Below are positions 11,455 through 23,323 of a DNA stretch of 64,000 nt, piece by piece. Source of the stretch: Rhizodiscina lignyota (taxonomy: Eukaryota). Numbering within the stretch: the first letter of the stretch is position 1; every line of letters begins with the position of its first letter. Position numbers and translations under genes: made by a program. Under the pieces are notes generated by a model, which had not been told where the DNA came from, did no database searches, and worked only from the letters and a program-made list of their open reading frames with translations. The stretch covers positions 1,984,001-2,048,000 of the forward strand of contig ML978124.1 of the NCBI GenBank assembly GCA_010015805.1, given 5' to 3'.

Positions 11455-12850
11455 ATCTGTACCTGCCTGCCTGCCTGCCTGTGTGACTAGTACATTTAGC
11501 TCCCGCACATAATCAAATCGAAGCTCAACCGTCATGCGCAAGCTGGGAGCTGAGCAACTTGGCTGAATTTAGGCAAAGTTGGGTTGATGTGTCCAATCCG
11601 CAAGAGGAGCTCCCCCAGATAACCGAATCGAAACTCAAGCTCCACGCGCAGACGTGAAGCTGAGCGAGACTCGAATGTACTTAGTCAGCTTGAGGTCGAG
11701 GGAGTTTCTCCATTCTGGCAGATCTCGGTCTATGTGTCCAAATTCCGAGTCGAGCTCCCGCGAAAACCCGAATGAAAGCATAGCTTCTACGCGCAGACGT
11801 GAAGTTAAGGGAGTGTACTTAGTCAAAGCAAAGCTGGGCGTTCATGCGAAAGCTTGATATCGAGGGAGTTCGCTGAATTCAGGCACAGCTCGGTCGATAT
11901 GTACAAGTCGTAAACTGAGCTCCCGCAGATAATCGAATAGAAGCTCAACTGCCACGCGCAAATAGGTGCTTTAACGAATACACTTAGAAGTCGAGCGTCC
12001 GCGAATGATCGAATTGAAGCCGGTACCTTAGTAAAGCGCCGTACGTAGCGCGAAGTCTCTCGAAGGTGCATAGAGGCAATAGGTTAATCTCTGCGCATGG
12101 TATGAGTGGGGTAAAAGAATGTAAATTCAGTAGAGAGGCTAATCTCTGCGTATAATGCGACTTGTCTCGAAGAAGCTGAACTGGGCAAAGAGGCCAATCA
12201 TAGCGTATAGTTCGATCTCGATTGAAGGAAGGTAAATGCGTAAATAGGCGACCCTCCGCGTAGAGTGCGAGCTCAGTGAAAAGAAATAGGCCAAGTAAGA
12301 CAAACAGCCTCGGGATATAATACAAGCTTTGTGAAGAAATCTAACTCTAAGTTAGAGTAATACCGTCTTTATCTGTACGAGCTGTAAATTGTATAGCCAT
12401 GTTGATTTAAAGCGATGCTCTACCTACTTGTGCAAGTTACAAGTTGCGAGTGTGTCTTTAACCAGGGCTATATTTGATTTGTCCGTGCGAGTTGTATGTT
12501 AGACGCCTGACTCCAATCCAACCGATGCTTGGTTGCCCGCGCAAGCTCAAAGTTGAACGCCTGCATTAAACCCAACCGATGCTTGCTCCACCGGTTCGAG
12601 TCCAATATTGACACACTATGCTCTTAGCGAACAATTGCAAGATCAGCCGATGCGAGCTCTAAGTTCCAAGCCCGCTCTCAATCAAACTGTTGTTGGACCT
12701 GAAGGTGTTGGGTGGAAGTTCGAAGCCTGCTCTCAATCGAGCCGCTGTTGGATCTGCCAGTGTTGGGGCGAGGTTGAAAGCCTGCCTTCAATCGAACCAT
12801 TGCTTGGCCTGCCTGTGTGAGCTGTAAGTTGCATGGCTGCTTCCAGTCAA
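11455..12850. repeat. Degenerate 55-nt-period tandem array, ~24 units
   Basis: tcaatc at 12678/12733/12788; agg(c/t)taatctctgcg-like blocks at 12081/12136/12191/12246; taatc(a/g)aatcgaagctcaac-like blocks at 11510/11620/11765/11930. Confidence 0.85.
11462..11481. repeat. (CCTG)5 microsatellite at the left edge of the 55-nt array
   Basis: cctgcctgcctgcctgcctg read directly. Confidence 0.85.
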
Positions 12851-13566
12851 TATGTTTGTTGTTCTAACCATCCGCAGGGAAATGCCTCGAGAATGACGAC
12901 TGCCCAGGTTTAAGACCGACAAAATCCATGGCTTCGGCGATATGGCTGTGAACAAATTTGGATATCGGCGCGAGCGGACCGCGTCTGTTTTCAGCTTCAC
13001 GCGGCAAGCGCGCGCTTCATCGTCCTTTTTCCTCAGAAATGCCGAAGAGCGAACGACGGCTGCGCAACGCGGCCGTCGATTGGAGAAAGCCACAAAATGC
13101 GAGTCACTCCTTAGGGCCACGCCGTCGTCATGACTGCTGCTTATGTTGCATACGACGCTCTCGAGGCTTCTGCGGCTGAGCCCAAGCTTTTTTCATTGGT
13201 AGATCTCTACGAGCCGTGCCTGGAGACAGGTTCGCGGTCTTGCGTTGCGGCGTTTGTCGTTCGAGTATCGCGGCAAGCGAAGATTGCTGCTGCCTTCGGT
13301 GTCGAAGTGACGACGAAGGTAGATGAGGTAGGGAGTATATAAGTTCGACGTCGGTCTCATATTGTAGATTCATCAGAACAACAAAAGAGCCTTCAGCTTC
13401 ACATCATTCGTCAGTTCGGAAGTAATCGACCGATTGCCTTGTCAGCTTCGTGTCTCATTCAAGTAAAAGATACATCTAAACGGCTAATTGCGATCGGAAT
13501 ATATATTTTCAGCCCTTTACAGAGCCTTTGTCTGTTCCTTTAAACCTCAATCTCCACTATTCAACA

Positions 13567-14787
13567 ATGGCGTCCCCGAAAATCGCGATAATTGGCGCTG
13601 GTCCGGCAGGTGTCACTCTTGCTCGCATTCTATTGCAAAACAACATAAAAGATATCACGATCTTCGAACAGGAAAAATCTCGCCACCATCGCACTCAAGG
13701 TGGCTCGCTCGACCTGCACCCGACGACTGGCCAGCTTGCAATCCAGGAAGCCGGCTTGTTCGATGAATTCCAAAAGTACGCCCGCTATGAGAGCGAAGAC
13801 TTCATCCTTGTGGACAAGACTGGCAAGCGCCACATCGAGATCCTTGACCAGGATACTGGGCGTCCGGAAATCGATCGAGAAAAGCTCCGAATGATTTTGC
13901 TGGACTCTGTCCCGGACAGCATCATCAGATGGGACACGAAAGTTAAGCGCGTGGAGGTCGGAACCCTTGAGCTTGCAGACGGGACGAATGAAACCGGATT
14001 CGACCTTATTGTTGGCGCAGATGGGGCGTGGTCGAAAGCGCGGGCCTTGCTGTCTCACGTAGGCCCATTCTACTCCGGCATCAGCGGCTACGAGATGATG
14101 TTCCGCGACGTGGACAAGAAGCACCCTGAAATCAGCAAGATGGTCGGCCGCGGTTCATTCTTTGCCCTTGGCGGCGATGGCCGCTGTTTGCTTGCGCAGC
14201 GACAAGGCGACGGCAGTTTCAAGCTCTTGACCGCAGCCAGCAAGGCCGAGAACTGGGTCTCTGATATGGGATACGATCCGGATGACACTGAGAACGTCAG
14301 GAAGATTCTACTCGAGGACTACAAAGACTGGGCTCCGGAACTGCGCAGGCTGATTGAGCTCGGCGACGATGACTTCTGGTATCGCCCGTTGTACATGCTC
14401 CCTGTGGGCATGGAGTGGCGCCACAAAGCCGGCGTGACCCTTATTGGCGATGCAGCGCATCTGATGACTCCATTCGCTGGAGAGGGCGTTAATAACGCAA
14501 TGGCCGACGCGCTGAGCTTAGCAAAATGCATCATCAAAAACCCAAGCGACCTTGGTGCAGCATCTCTGGAGTATGAGAAGGAGATGTTCCCCAGGGCTGA
14601 GGACACGATGGCGAGGACCTGGAGGAACCTGCAAGATCGGTTCATTCAGGAGGACTCGGCAGAGCGCGCAACGAAGATGATTCAGCGTATGATAGAGAGG
14701 AGAAAGAAGGCGTTGGCAGCTCAGGCTGCAGAGAAAGAGGCACAGAAGGAGCTGGTGACTTCTAAGGAGGTGATGGAGGCAAAATAG
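13567..14787 (+). CDS. FAD-dependent monooxygenase, Tet(X)-like group A flavoprotein, intronless
   Basis: IAIIGAGPAG, GGSLDLH, RPEIDREKLR, DLIVGADGAWS, LIGDAAHLMTPFAGEGVN; TATATAA near 13337. Confidence 0.9.
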   Translation: MASPKIAIIGAGPAGVTLARILLQNNIKDITIFEQEKSRHHRTQGGSLDLHPTTGQLAIQEAGLFDEFQKYARYESEDFILVDKTGKRHIEILDQDTGRPEIDREKLRMILLDSVPDSIIRWDTKVKRVEVGTLELADGTNETGFDLIVGADGAWSKARALLSHVGPFYSGISGYEMMFRDVDKKHPEISKMVGRGSFFALGGDGRCLLAQRQGDGSFKLLTAASKAENWVSDMGYDPDDTENVRKILLEDYKDWAPELRRLIELGDDDFWYRPLYMLPVGMEWRHKAGVTLIGDAAHLMTPFAGEGVNNAMADALSLAKCIIKNPSDLGAASLEYEKEMFPRAEDTMARTWRNLQDRFIQEDSAERATKMIQRMIERRKKALAAQAAEKEAQKELVTSKEVMEAK

Positions 14788-14980
14788 CATGCTTATTGGC
14801 GAAACATTACTGTTCAGAACATTGGGCCTGGAAAGTGTTGAGCGTACTTTTGCTGTCTTTTCTCCACTCCAATCCTGTTCATCCTCCATACAATATGCTA
14901 GTTTGCTTCAAGACGGGTCGGGCGATGAAGGGGTTTCATTGTTCTTACTAGATACACCTTGCTCAATTCATGTACCGTTC

Positions 14981-15016
14981 CAGCAAAACTAAGACCAGCA
15001 AAATTAAGACCAGCAG
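14981..15016. repeat. 15-nt tandem duplication
   Basis: cagcaaaactaagac cagcaaaattaagac cagcag. Confidence 0.6.
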
Positions 15017-16597
15017 TACTGGAGTCGGATCTGTTAATTGTAATCTTCTCATGGTTCTCACGTCGGCAACTGCCTCCTTCGGATCGGAACAGCTTCGGAG
15101 AGTCACATGCCAGACATGATTAGCATTGGAGCCGAGAGCTTTCCAAGCTCTCAATAGTCTTGATGTCTCTTGTCATTCTGGTTCACAAAAGAGACCGTGA
15201 CTTCGTCTACCTTGCACAAAGGCTTCGACTTTTACAGTCTGCAACTCGCTGAAGACGCCCCTGAGTGCATCCGGCCAGTCACTGCAGGACAAGACGTACT
15301 GTGGCGCATGACTCGAAGACAAGAGATCTTACATCGTAATGTCACGACGGACACCCGAAACATCGCAGTTCAACATAGACTCTAGTCCATTTGATAGGCT
15401 AGAAACGGCTGAAAGCATGAATTGGGCGTGTTCGCCGAGGAGAGATGCACGATACCGCACAACCCCACGATTTCTTGTCCGGGGTTGGTCGACCGTGAGT
15501 CGTAGTTCATGCAGCTTGGTACGCAAGTTCTGGAAGCGTGGAACGAGAGAAGTGTGAGTGGGTCTCTTGCTTAAATGACATCGAATAGAAAGGTCTGTTT
15601 CCGACGGCCTTTTGCCACGGACTGGAAGCAGTCGGACATGAACCCGTACCCCAGGGCCCTTAGGAAGAAAAGAAAGAAGACGATGCTCTCTTTGGCCTTG
15701 TGTCAGTGCCTTTGCATCTCTGCTGCCGGGATGGCGCGGCTTGACAGTTCTCGATGGTGATTGGACGTCAGTCAAGGTCGGCGGCTATCTCTCTCGCACG
15801 AGGAGACGGCGTGCGCACGCCGTGCGACGACGAGAAATGCGACATTCAGGCCCAAATAAGATGCCTCGTTGCGGTGTGAGAGGTTACGCGTGATCGTCGT
15901 CGACATCAGAGCAGGCCGGTATCAGGAAAGCAGCGTGATCATGACAGAGCACGCTTGTCATAATGAGCGCGGAAGAGGCGCAGGCCGCGCTAGCAGAAAA
16001 GTAGGTGGTCGAGGTGGTCGAGGTGGGCATGGGAGCGGGTGAGCTGAGTGTGCGGGCCGTCTTGGAGGCCATCTTGCCAACCCTGACTAGATACAACACT
16101 GTACCTCATCAACACCGGCTTCACATCTATTCTTCCATCTGCACCTTGAAGACTCACTGCTCGCTCGCGCGTTGACGGGGTGCACTGCGAGCGTTGACGG
16201 AGCGGTGTCTGCCAAGGCACACATCCCTACTGCGAGTCCGAGCGCCCCAAGACCTGCTCCTTTTGGCTCCCGACGACCTGAACACCTCCACCGACTTCAC
16301 GCTCCAGCAGCCCCAAGTCGCTCATTGCCTTGCTACTTCGCATCAGTCACTATCGCCCGCTGTTTGCCGCGCCTTCGATTCGTCTCCCGCCCTTTCGTCC
16401 TCTTCCATTGTGCCCTTTACCGCCTTTCCGCGCGCACGGCAAGTAGAAGCGCCGATCCAGGAGTCACAGTAATCACTCCACGAGCACGCCCGCATAGCGA
16501 CGGGAAGGCACTTCCAGGCGCGACAACGCAAGGAGCAGTGCTGCTGCTTGTATCTCGCGCTCTCTGATCCGCCTTGAACAGGCGTTCAGTGCCCCAC

Positions 16598-18641
16598 ATG
16601 AGCCACGAGAACTCTGCAGGGCCGTCTTCCCAGCTCCCAGGATCAGAAGGAGGTCAGTATTGCGACACCGCGAATCCCCCCTCCTGTCACGCCCGCTCTT
16701 TCATTGAAGAGGCATCCGTCTGAGTAATTCCATATGAACGGAGTGTCTTCGCACTCAAATTATGCCACGACACCTCGCGCGCCGTTGCTGACAAGGCTAT
16801 CTTGACTTAGACCTCCCGAATCAACAATCCCAGACCGGCGGCTCTCTACAGCCACTCCAGCCACCTACGCGCACATCTTCACGAGGAAATCGATCGCTTG
16901 AGGAAGGAGACCAGAGAAGATCGGCCTCATCGTCATCGCACAGTGGAGTGGATGCGGACGGTCGCCCGCGAAAGAAGCGGTCACTGTTGAGTGTACCACG
17001 TCGTTCCGGAAACACAAATGAGGATCCTGGATCAACAGGAACAGGACTGAGCGGCGCAACAGCGAACGAATCAGTCGGCGATAATTCGAAGGGCAGCATA
17101 ACCGGCAAGCGACGCGCTGGTAGTACAGCGAGCAGTAATCGCTCGCAAAACAGAAAGATGACGACCGAGAAGCCGACTCAGTCGTCGCCAGCGACTGGTT
17201 CGCCAACAACTCTAACAGAGAACAAGGCACGCAAGAGTGGACTGTCAGGCTTCTTTGCAATGCTCTGCTGCCAAACGCCACAGGATGCAAACTACGTCGG
17301 CGAGGAAGGTCCGGACGAAGCGGCAAAGACTGCGAACAAATTGCGGGCCCCGCGAACTAAGCAGCCAACGCCTGCCGCGCAGAAGCACGATGTGAGCGCT
17401 GCCGAGTCGAGTACGGCGGACTCGAAGGATCCTATGGATGAGAAAGCGGCAGACTCTGCGTACGCGCCGAACGCTGGACCTGCAGTAGACAAGCCTATAC
17501 AAGGCGATGCTGCAGCCGACCGACCAAGCCAAGAGATGAGACCAGACTCAGCATCGCAACCTACAAGGCAGTATTCGAACCGCGAAACGAAGCAGCTCCC
17601 GGAGCCACCAGCTGCGGGAGCATCAAGCCAGCCGAAACTAGACACTGCTGCAAGCACTCTGCAGCCAAATGGGCAAGAGACGATCAGCCCGCAAGTTGTA
17701 ATTCAAGGTCCTACACCAGTGGAGTCACCAGATGAGGAAGTCATTCACGATCGAGGACCATCACAGGAACAGCTAGACCACGACATTGAGATGACAAATG
17801 CTGGTGTCTCCGTGCCAATCTCGAGCAATGATGTTCCTTCCGAAGAGCAAACTGCAGCTGAACCCTCGAAACGAAACTCTCAAATCATCGGCATACCACC
17901 CCCTCCGCCTCTCGACAAGAGACAGCAGCAAGTTGCTCAGCAGTCGCCAGAGCTCCAACCGCAAGCAGGTCACGAGCAACAAAAGTGGTTGCTACCAGAG
18001 ATAAGACCAGAATTTGAAGGGAAGAAGTGCTTGGTCCTAGACTTGGACGAGACACTTGTGCACAGCAGCTTCAAGGTGAGTTCCCCGTCAGACACTACCT
18101 ATCGTAACTAATAGCGCACAAAGATTTTGCACCAAGCCGATTTCACGATTCCTGTGGAGATTGAAGGACAATACCATAATGTGTACGTCATCAAGCGGCC
18201 TGGTGTTGATGCTTTCATGAAAAGAATCGGGGAGCTTTATGAAGTCGTCGTATTTACTGCATCTGTCTCCAAGGTAAGCCAGCAACAGCAGAGGAACACG
18301 ACCTTGGTGTTAGCATTAACAGTTTATAGTACGGAGATCCTCTGCTCGATCAACTCGACATTCATGGAGTTGTCCACCATCGTCTCTTCCGCGAGTCTTG
18401 TTACAACCACCAGGGCAACTACGTCAAAGACCTCTCGCAAATTGGCCGTGACCTGAAGAGCACCATCATCATTGATAATTCGCCAACTTCCTACATCTTT
18501 CATCCCCAGCACGCCGTTCCGATCAGCAGTTGGTTCAGCGATGCTCATGACAATGAACTCCTCGATCTAATTCCTGTTCTCGAGGATCTGGCTGGATCTC
18601 AGGTTCAGGATGTCAGTTTGGTTCTCGACGTCTCATTATAG
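16598..18641 (+). CDS. PSR1: Psr1/Psr2-like HAD-family CTD small phosphatase, 3 introns
   Basis: [54 protein letters not shown]; internal LCC; introns ~16653-16810, 18076-18123, 18273-18329. Confidence 0.92.
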
Positions 18642-20265
18642 CGAACTTTCTTCTACTTTCGAATGGCAACTTGGAGCGGTTCAGCGTGTATTGTCTAATT
18701 CCCCTTCATGGCGAACGACTACGAGGACCGCTCGGCGAGAGTGATCGGTCAACGGACGTGCGACGGTCGAAGAATTGCCGGTCGTCGCGATGAGTGGGGG
18801 CTTGGGGTACTTTCGATTCGAGGGACTCGACTGGACCGAGGACGACCTATGCATATCAAAATTGTATTACAAAAGTTATCTTCGCCGTCCCGAATGGAGA
18901 CGTTAAGACTGATTGTGGACTGGACACGGAGATGGGCTGGAGAGGATTAAAGCAAAAGCAAGGACTGTCTTTTCTTGTGGGCCGGCGTCTGATCCTACAT
19001 CTGCGCCTTCCAAGCCGACTCCCAAGTTGATTTTCGCCTGCATACGGGATCTGTGTTCTCGTCTTCCACGGGTCGTTTATGTTGCTTTCTGCATTTCGCG
19101 GTGCGCTTGCGCTTCTCCTTTGTTGTGCGCAGGCTGCATCCTCCTCTTTAAAATATATATATATATATTGGTCTTTTGCCGTGCACATTTGTCATTGTCA
19201 ACACTCTTTCCTTTGTATCCTAAGTTTGTAATGGGAGGCCTGAAATCGCTCCCAACACATACCTTATACTCTTCTTTCAAGGCTGCAATTGCTGGATCGC
19301 GTCTCGTCAATGGGTCGAACGGAAGGCGAGCTCTTTTTGGATAGGACTCTGGGGTGGTGGAGGTAGAGAGTGGGACACTGGATGTCTATCGTGAGATTTT
19401 TCCTTTGTCATGGGCCGGATGGTCTGCGCGGCCTCGATGAAATCTGGGACATATTTGCATAGCCTAGCACTCGTAGTCAGGAATCAAGACAATGTCCTTA
19501 AACGACTATCTATCTCCATCTCAAAAAGTGACTTGGCTTGGGGGTCGGGGTCGGCGAATACGGCAATATAGTGCGCTGTTTTTGTCATGCCCGACCGCAT
19601 CGCTTCCATCGGAGACGCCTGTCAGCAATCTTTGCCCAAAGCGACCAGAGGTTGTCTTCGTCTTTGCACTTTTCGACCTCTTGTAGGACTTGAATGGAGT
19701 CTTTCCAGGCTCGGTGATCTTCCGAGAGCGCCTGTATTTGCGTTAATTCCGAGCACAGTTTTGGGGTGTATTGCGATGTACGAAGCGTGATGATGTAAAT
19801 CGCATACCGAAACCAACCACAACCCTGCGCTTCTAATTAAAAGTAAGGTTTAGATCCAACGCCGAGCCGCAGGGGTTTCACAGGGCAAGTCTTTCGTGTC
19901 TTAACCGTGAAGAGTTTAGTGAACGACGGCCAATGCCCCAAGCAGCGGCAAGCATCCCTAAGCACGGGCGAAGCATGAGACTTGTTCATGGCTGAGCCAC
20001 ACACGCAACAAAAGATCTGCCCACGCCAGCCTTGCTTCCGACCTACATACACGACCCTACTCTTTACCTCTCTCAGTCTCACCATCCGCTACCGAGCCAC
20101 CTTCTGACTACATTTATTACCGGCCCGCATCATACAAAGCCAACCTCCTCGCCCTCAACTTTTGCGCTCATATGTGGGCGACACTACACCGCGTCACCCC
20201 CGTGCCCCCTACGTACCAGCTACCGCCCTCACCCCGTCTTACGACCGCATCCTCAAGAAGTCAAA

Positions 20266-22233
20266 ATGTCAAGTTGTAATAACACAGTGGAGGAGAATGG
20301 CGACAAGATGGGTGGGTCCAGTGTCGGAGATTTAAAACTCAACAGACGTGTGCTGATTGTCCAACAGTGTCCAAGGAGATACCTCTTTTTGGGAGCGTCA
20401 CCTTCCACCACCTTGGCCTCGCCATTTCCGCAGCATTCGGCCTGGTAGCCTGTATAATCGCCTTAGTGCTCATAATACAACATGCAACACACTACTCGAA
20501 ACCGTGGGAGCAGAGACAGTATGTCCATCTTCACCACCTCCCTTTTTCTTGGCACCGGGAAGACGACAATTTCTGTGCGCAACCAAGGCTGACAAGACTT
20601 CTCTAAACAGTATTATCCGTATTCTTCTTATGATCCCCATATACGCGATCGTCTCCTTCCTATCCTACCTCTTCTACAAATACGCGATCTATTGGGAGGT
20701 CATCCGAGACTGTTACGAGGCCTTCGCGATCGCATCCTTCTTCACCCTTCTCTGTCACTACCTCGAGCCCACTCTACACGAACAAAAGAACTACTTCCGC
20801 CGCCTCCAACCGCGTAACTGGATCTGGCCTGTTCCGTGGCTCCAGAAATGCAGCGGTGGCCAAAATCGTGGACCGTTCAGAGTCCCGCGCAGCGGGCTGA
20901 CATGGTTCAACATTATCTGGGTTGGCGTCTTTCAGTACTGCGCGATCAGAGTGATATTCACCTTTGTCTCGCTGATCACGCAATTCCTCGGACGTTACTG
21001 TGAACCTTCTCTTAGTCCAGCATTCGCACACATCTGGGCTACGGTATTCGAGGGTGTGGCGGTCTCCTTTGCGATGTACTTCCTCATCCAGTTCTATTTC
21101 CAGCTAAGGACCGATTTGGCACCCTACAAGCCGTTCATGAAAATTTTGTGTATCAAGTTGGTCATTTTCTTTTCTTTCTGGCAAACGGTAAGTTCGGCCT
21201 CTCAAAGCCTGAAGCGCGGCGCAAAGCTAACGAATGAACACAGTTTTTGATAGGGTTTCTGGTCGGATCTCACGGCCCCTTACAACCCACAAAGCACATC
21301 GCCTACCCTGACCTCAATACTGGCGTTCCGTCCATGCTCCTCTGCATTGAGATGGCCTGCTTTGCAATTCTCCACATCTTCGCTTTCAGTTCTAAGCCGT
21401 ACAATATTTCAAACCCTGCGAATGCAAGCGATCCAAGCATGAAGTACCATGGCTTCTTCTACGCCCTGATTGATGCATTCAATCCCTGGGATATCGTCAA
21501 AGCACTTGCGCGAAGCATGAGATGGCTCTTTGTTGGCTACAGGAAGAGAGAGAATGACGAGAGCTATCACATGAAAGTAACGAAGCCGGGAGATAGCGTA
21601 GACGATGTATACAACGGTCCGACATTTGCTGGGAATGGGGAGCCAGCGATGCAATATGGAGTTACGAAGCCACGGCCATCTGGAGCTAGCGATGGGAAAG
21701 ATCCACACGACGACATGACCGGCTTGTTGAGCCATGCGCAATCGAATCCGAGCGCCATACCTGACCTGAGAGAGCATCCGGCCTACAGGCCTGGAATGGG
21801 CTCGTATGAGTCTAATGATTCTGATCTTGGCCTGAACCAAACGCTTTCGAACTATGATCAGTACGGCTCGTCGTATCCGCCTTCGTACCCGCCTTCGTAC
21901 GAGCCCTCAATGGCAGGCCGCGACCCGAGTCCGTATCGATATGACCCACCACCACCTCCGATCCACTCGCACAACTCATCTGGCCCAGCGAGCAGGACAG
22001 GCAGCTCTCCGGTGGTAATCAGCCCGCTGGTAGACCAGCAGCCGCATATGGCTCAGGGCGGAGTGGCAGCACATCCGTTTGCAGGGGTTAGCCGGCCACC
22101 ATATGCTTCTGAGGAAGACTATGCTCAGGTGGATACGGGATATCATGCTACAACAGCGGCACCTTCGTCAGGACCGCTGCCGCAAGGAGGGGAGTGGAAC
22201 ATGTGGCATGGTGCTGGTGCGCCGCCTAGATAA
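20266..22233 (+). CDS. OSTalpha/TMEM184 (Hfl1-like) multi-pass membrane protein, 3 introns
   Basis: HATHYSKPWEQ, IIRILLMIPIY, RDCYEAFAIASFF, KILCIKLVIFFSFWQ, LLCIEMA; long disordered C-tail. Confidence 0.9.
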
Positions 22234-23323
22234 CGGAGTTACTTGGTTTGAATGATTTTATGACTTTACTGCTGCGATTTTGGGTTCTGGGCGTCTCTCG
22301 TGGCTCTATTGCTCTGGTGTTGGTGGGTCTGATTTGATTTGTTTGATATCCTGGGTTCGATTTGTGCTCTTTGTGCGACCGATACCTGACGGACAGCCGG
22401 GGGTAGCTTGGGGATGTGTTTCTGACGTGTTGATGGAAAGGCAATGCATTCGATGTATGAAACCTGAAGTGTAGCAGTAGCTAGCTAGTTGAAGAAAAGA
22501 CTTGATCTCATGTCTGGAACTCACTTATTTGTCAAACTATCCTGCATTGTCAATGGTTGTCACCATGAAACCGCTGTTCAAATAATGTGTGAAATACAGT
22601 CGTTCTTACGCTTGTGTAGATCTACGCTCCAAGGTCGCCAAGTCGCAAGGTCCTTCTCTTCCGCTCACAATGTTCCACATAAATCAATGCCTTGACAATG
22701 TCAGAAGTCACTGCACCGCCACCTCTACTTCGTAGTACTGATCGGCTTGGAGCCAAGCTGAGAGCGGGTTTACATCATCCGTCCTAGGACAAAGAAACCT
22801 GCTGTGTCTTAACATTTGCTTGCGGAAGGTAGAAGCGCCTCCCATCGAGCGCCCTCCTGGAACGGTACCAGTGACAGTTCTTTGAATTTCGCTCGCTCTC
22901 TGATCATGCTGACATCTGCTACAATTTCGTCCGTCGCATCTTGCAAGCTCTCTTATTCCCCCATCTCATTTTGATGTAATTCATTGCTTCATGCTGCGGT
23001 CGCCATCCCACTGCACCATTTTCTGATACCGTTCGTCTTCTGACAAATACAAGCTGCGCCAGTGTGAGTTCTGGCCTTGTTACACGAACTAGAGCTCCGT
23101 TCATGGTCACATCTCTACGGAGATGGCGTTCGAAGAGCCCGAGTAATGCACAGTTTGGACATTCGAAGGCGCACCTCTACGAACCGAACGGCATTTCGCT
23201 GCGTATAGTACATGTTATCCCACAAAATGAAAAGCTGAAGGAGCTTCCATCTTGTGCATTTCGCTTTTTCTTGTTTCTCTGAAACTGAAAACCTTCATTC
23301 CTCTCCAATCTACTTTCGAGACA

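Noticed and set aside
11455..12850. CRISPR array or repeat-protein gene as the explanation for the 55-nt array
   Set aside because: No constant repeat plus unique spacer layout, no cas genes, eukaryotic context; period not divisible by 3 and no long ORF.
3400..15000. Secondary-metabolite gene cluster
   Set aside because: No backbone enzyme, cluster regulator or transporter; tailoring-type genes are interleaved with housekeeping genes.
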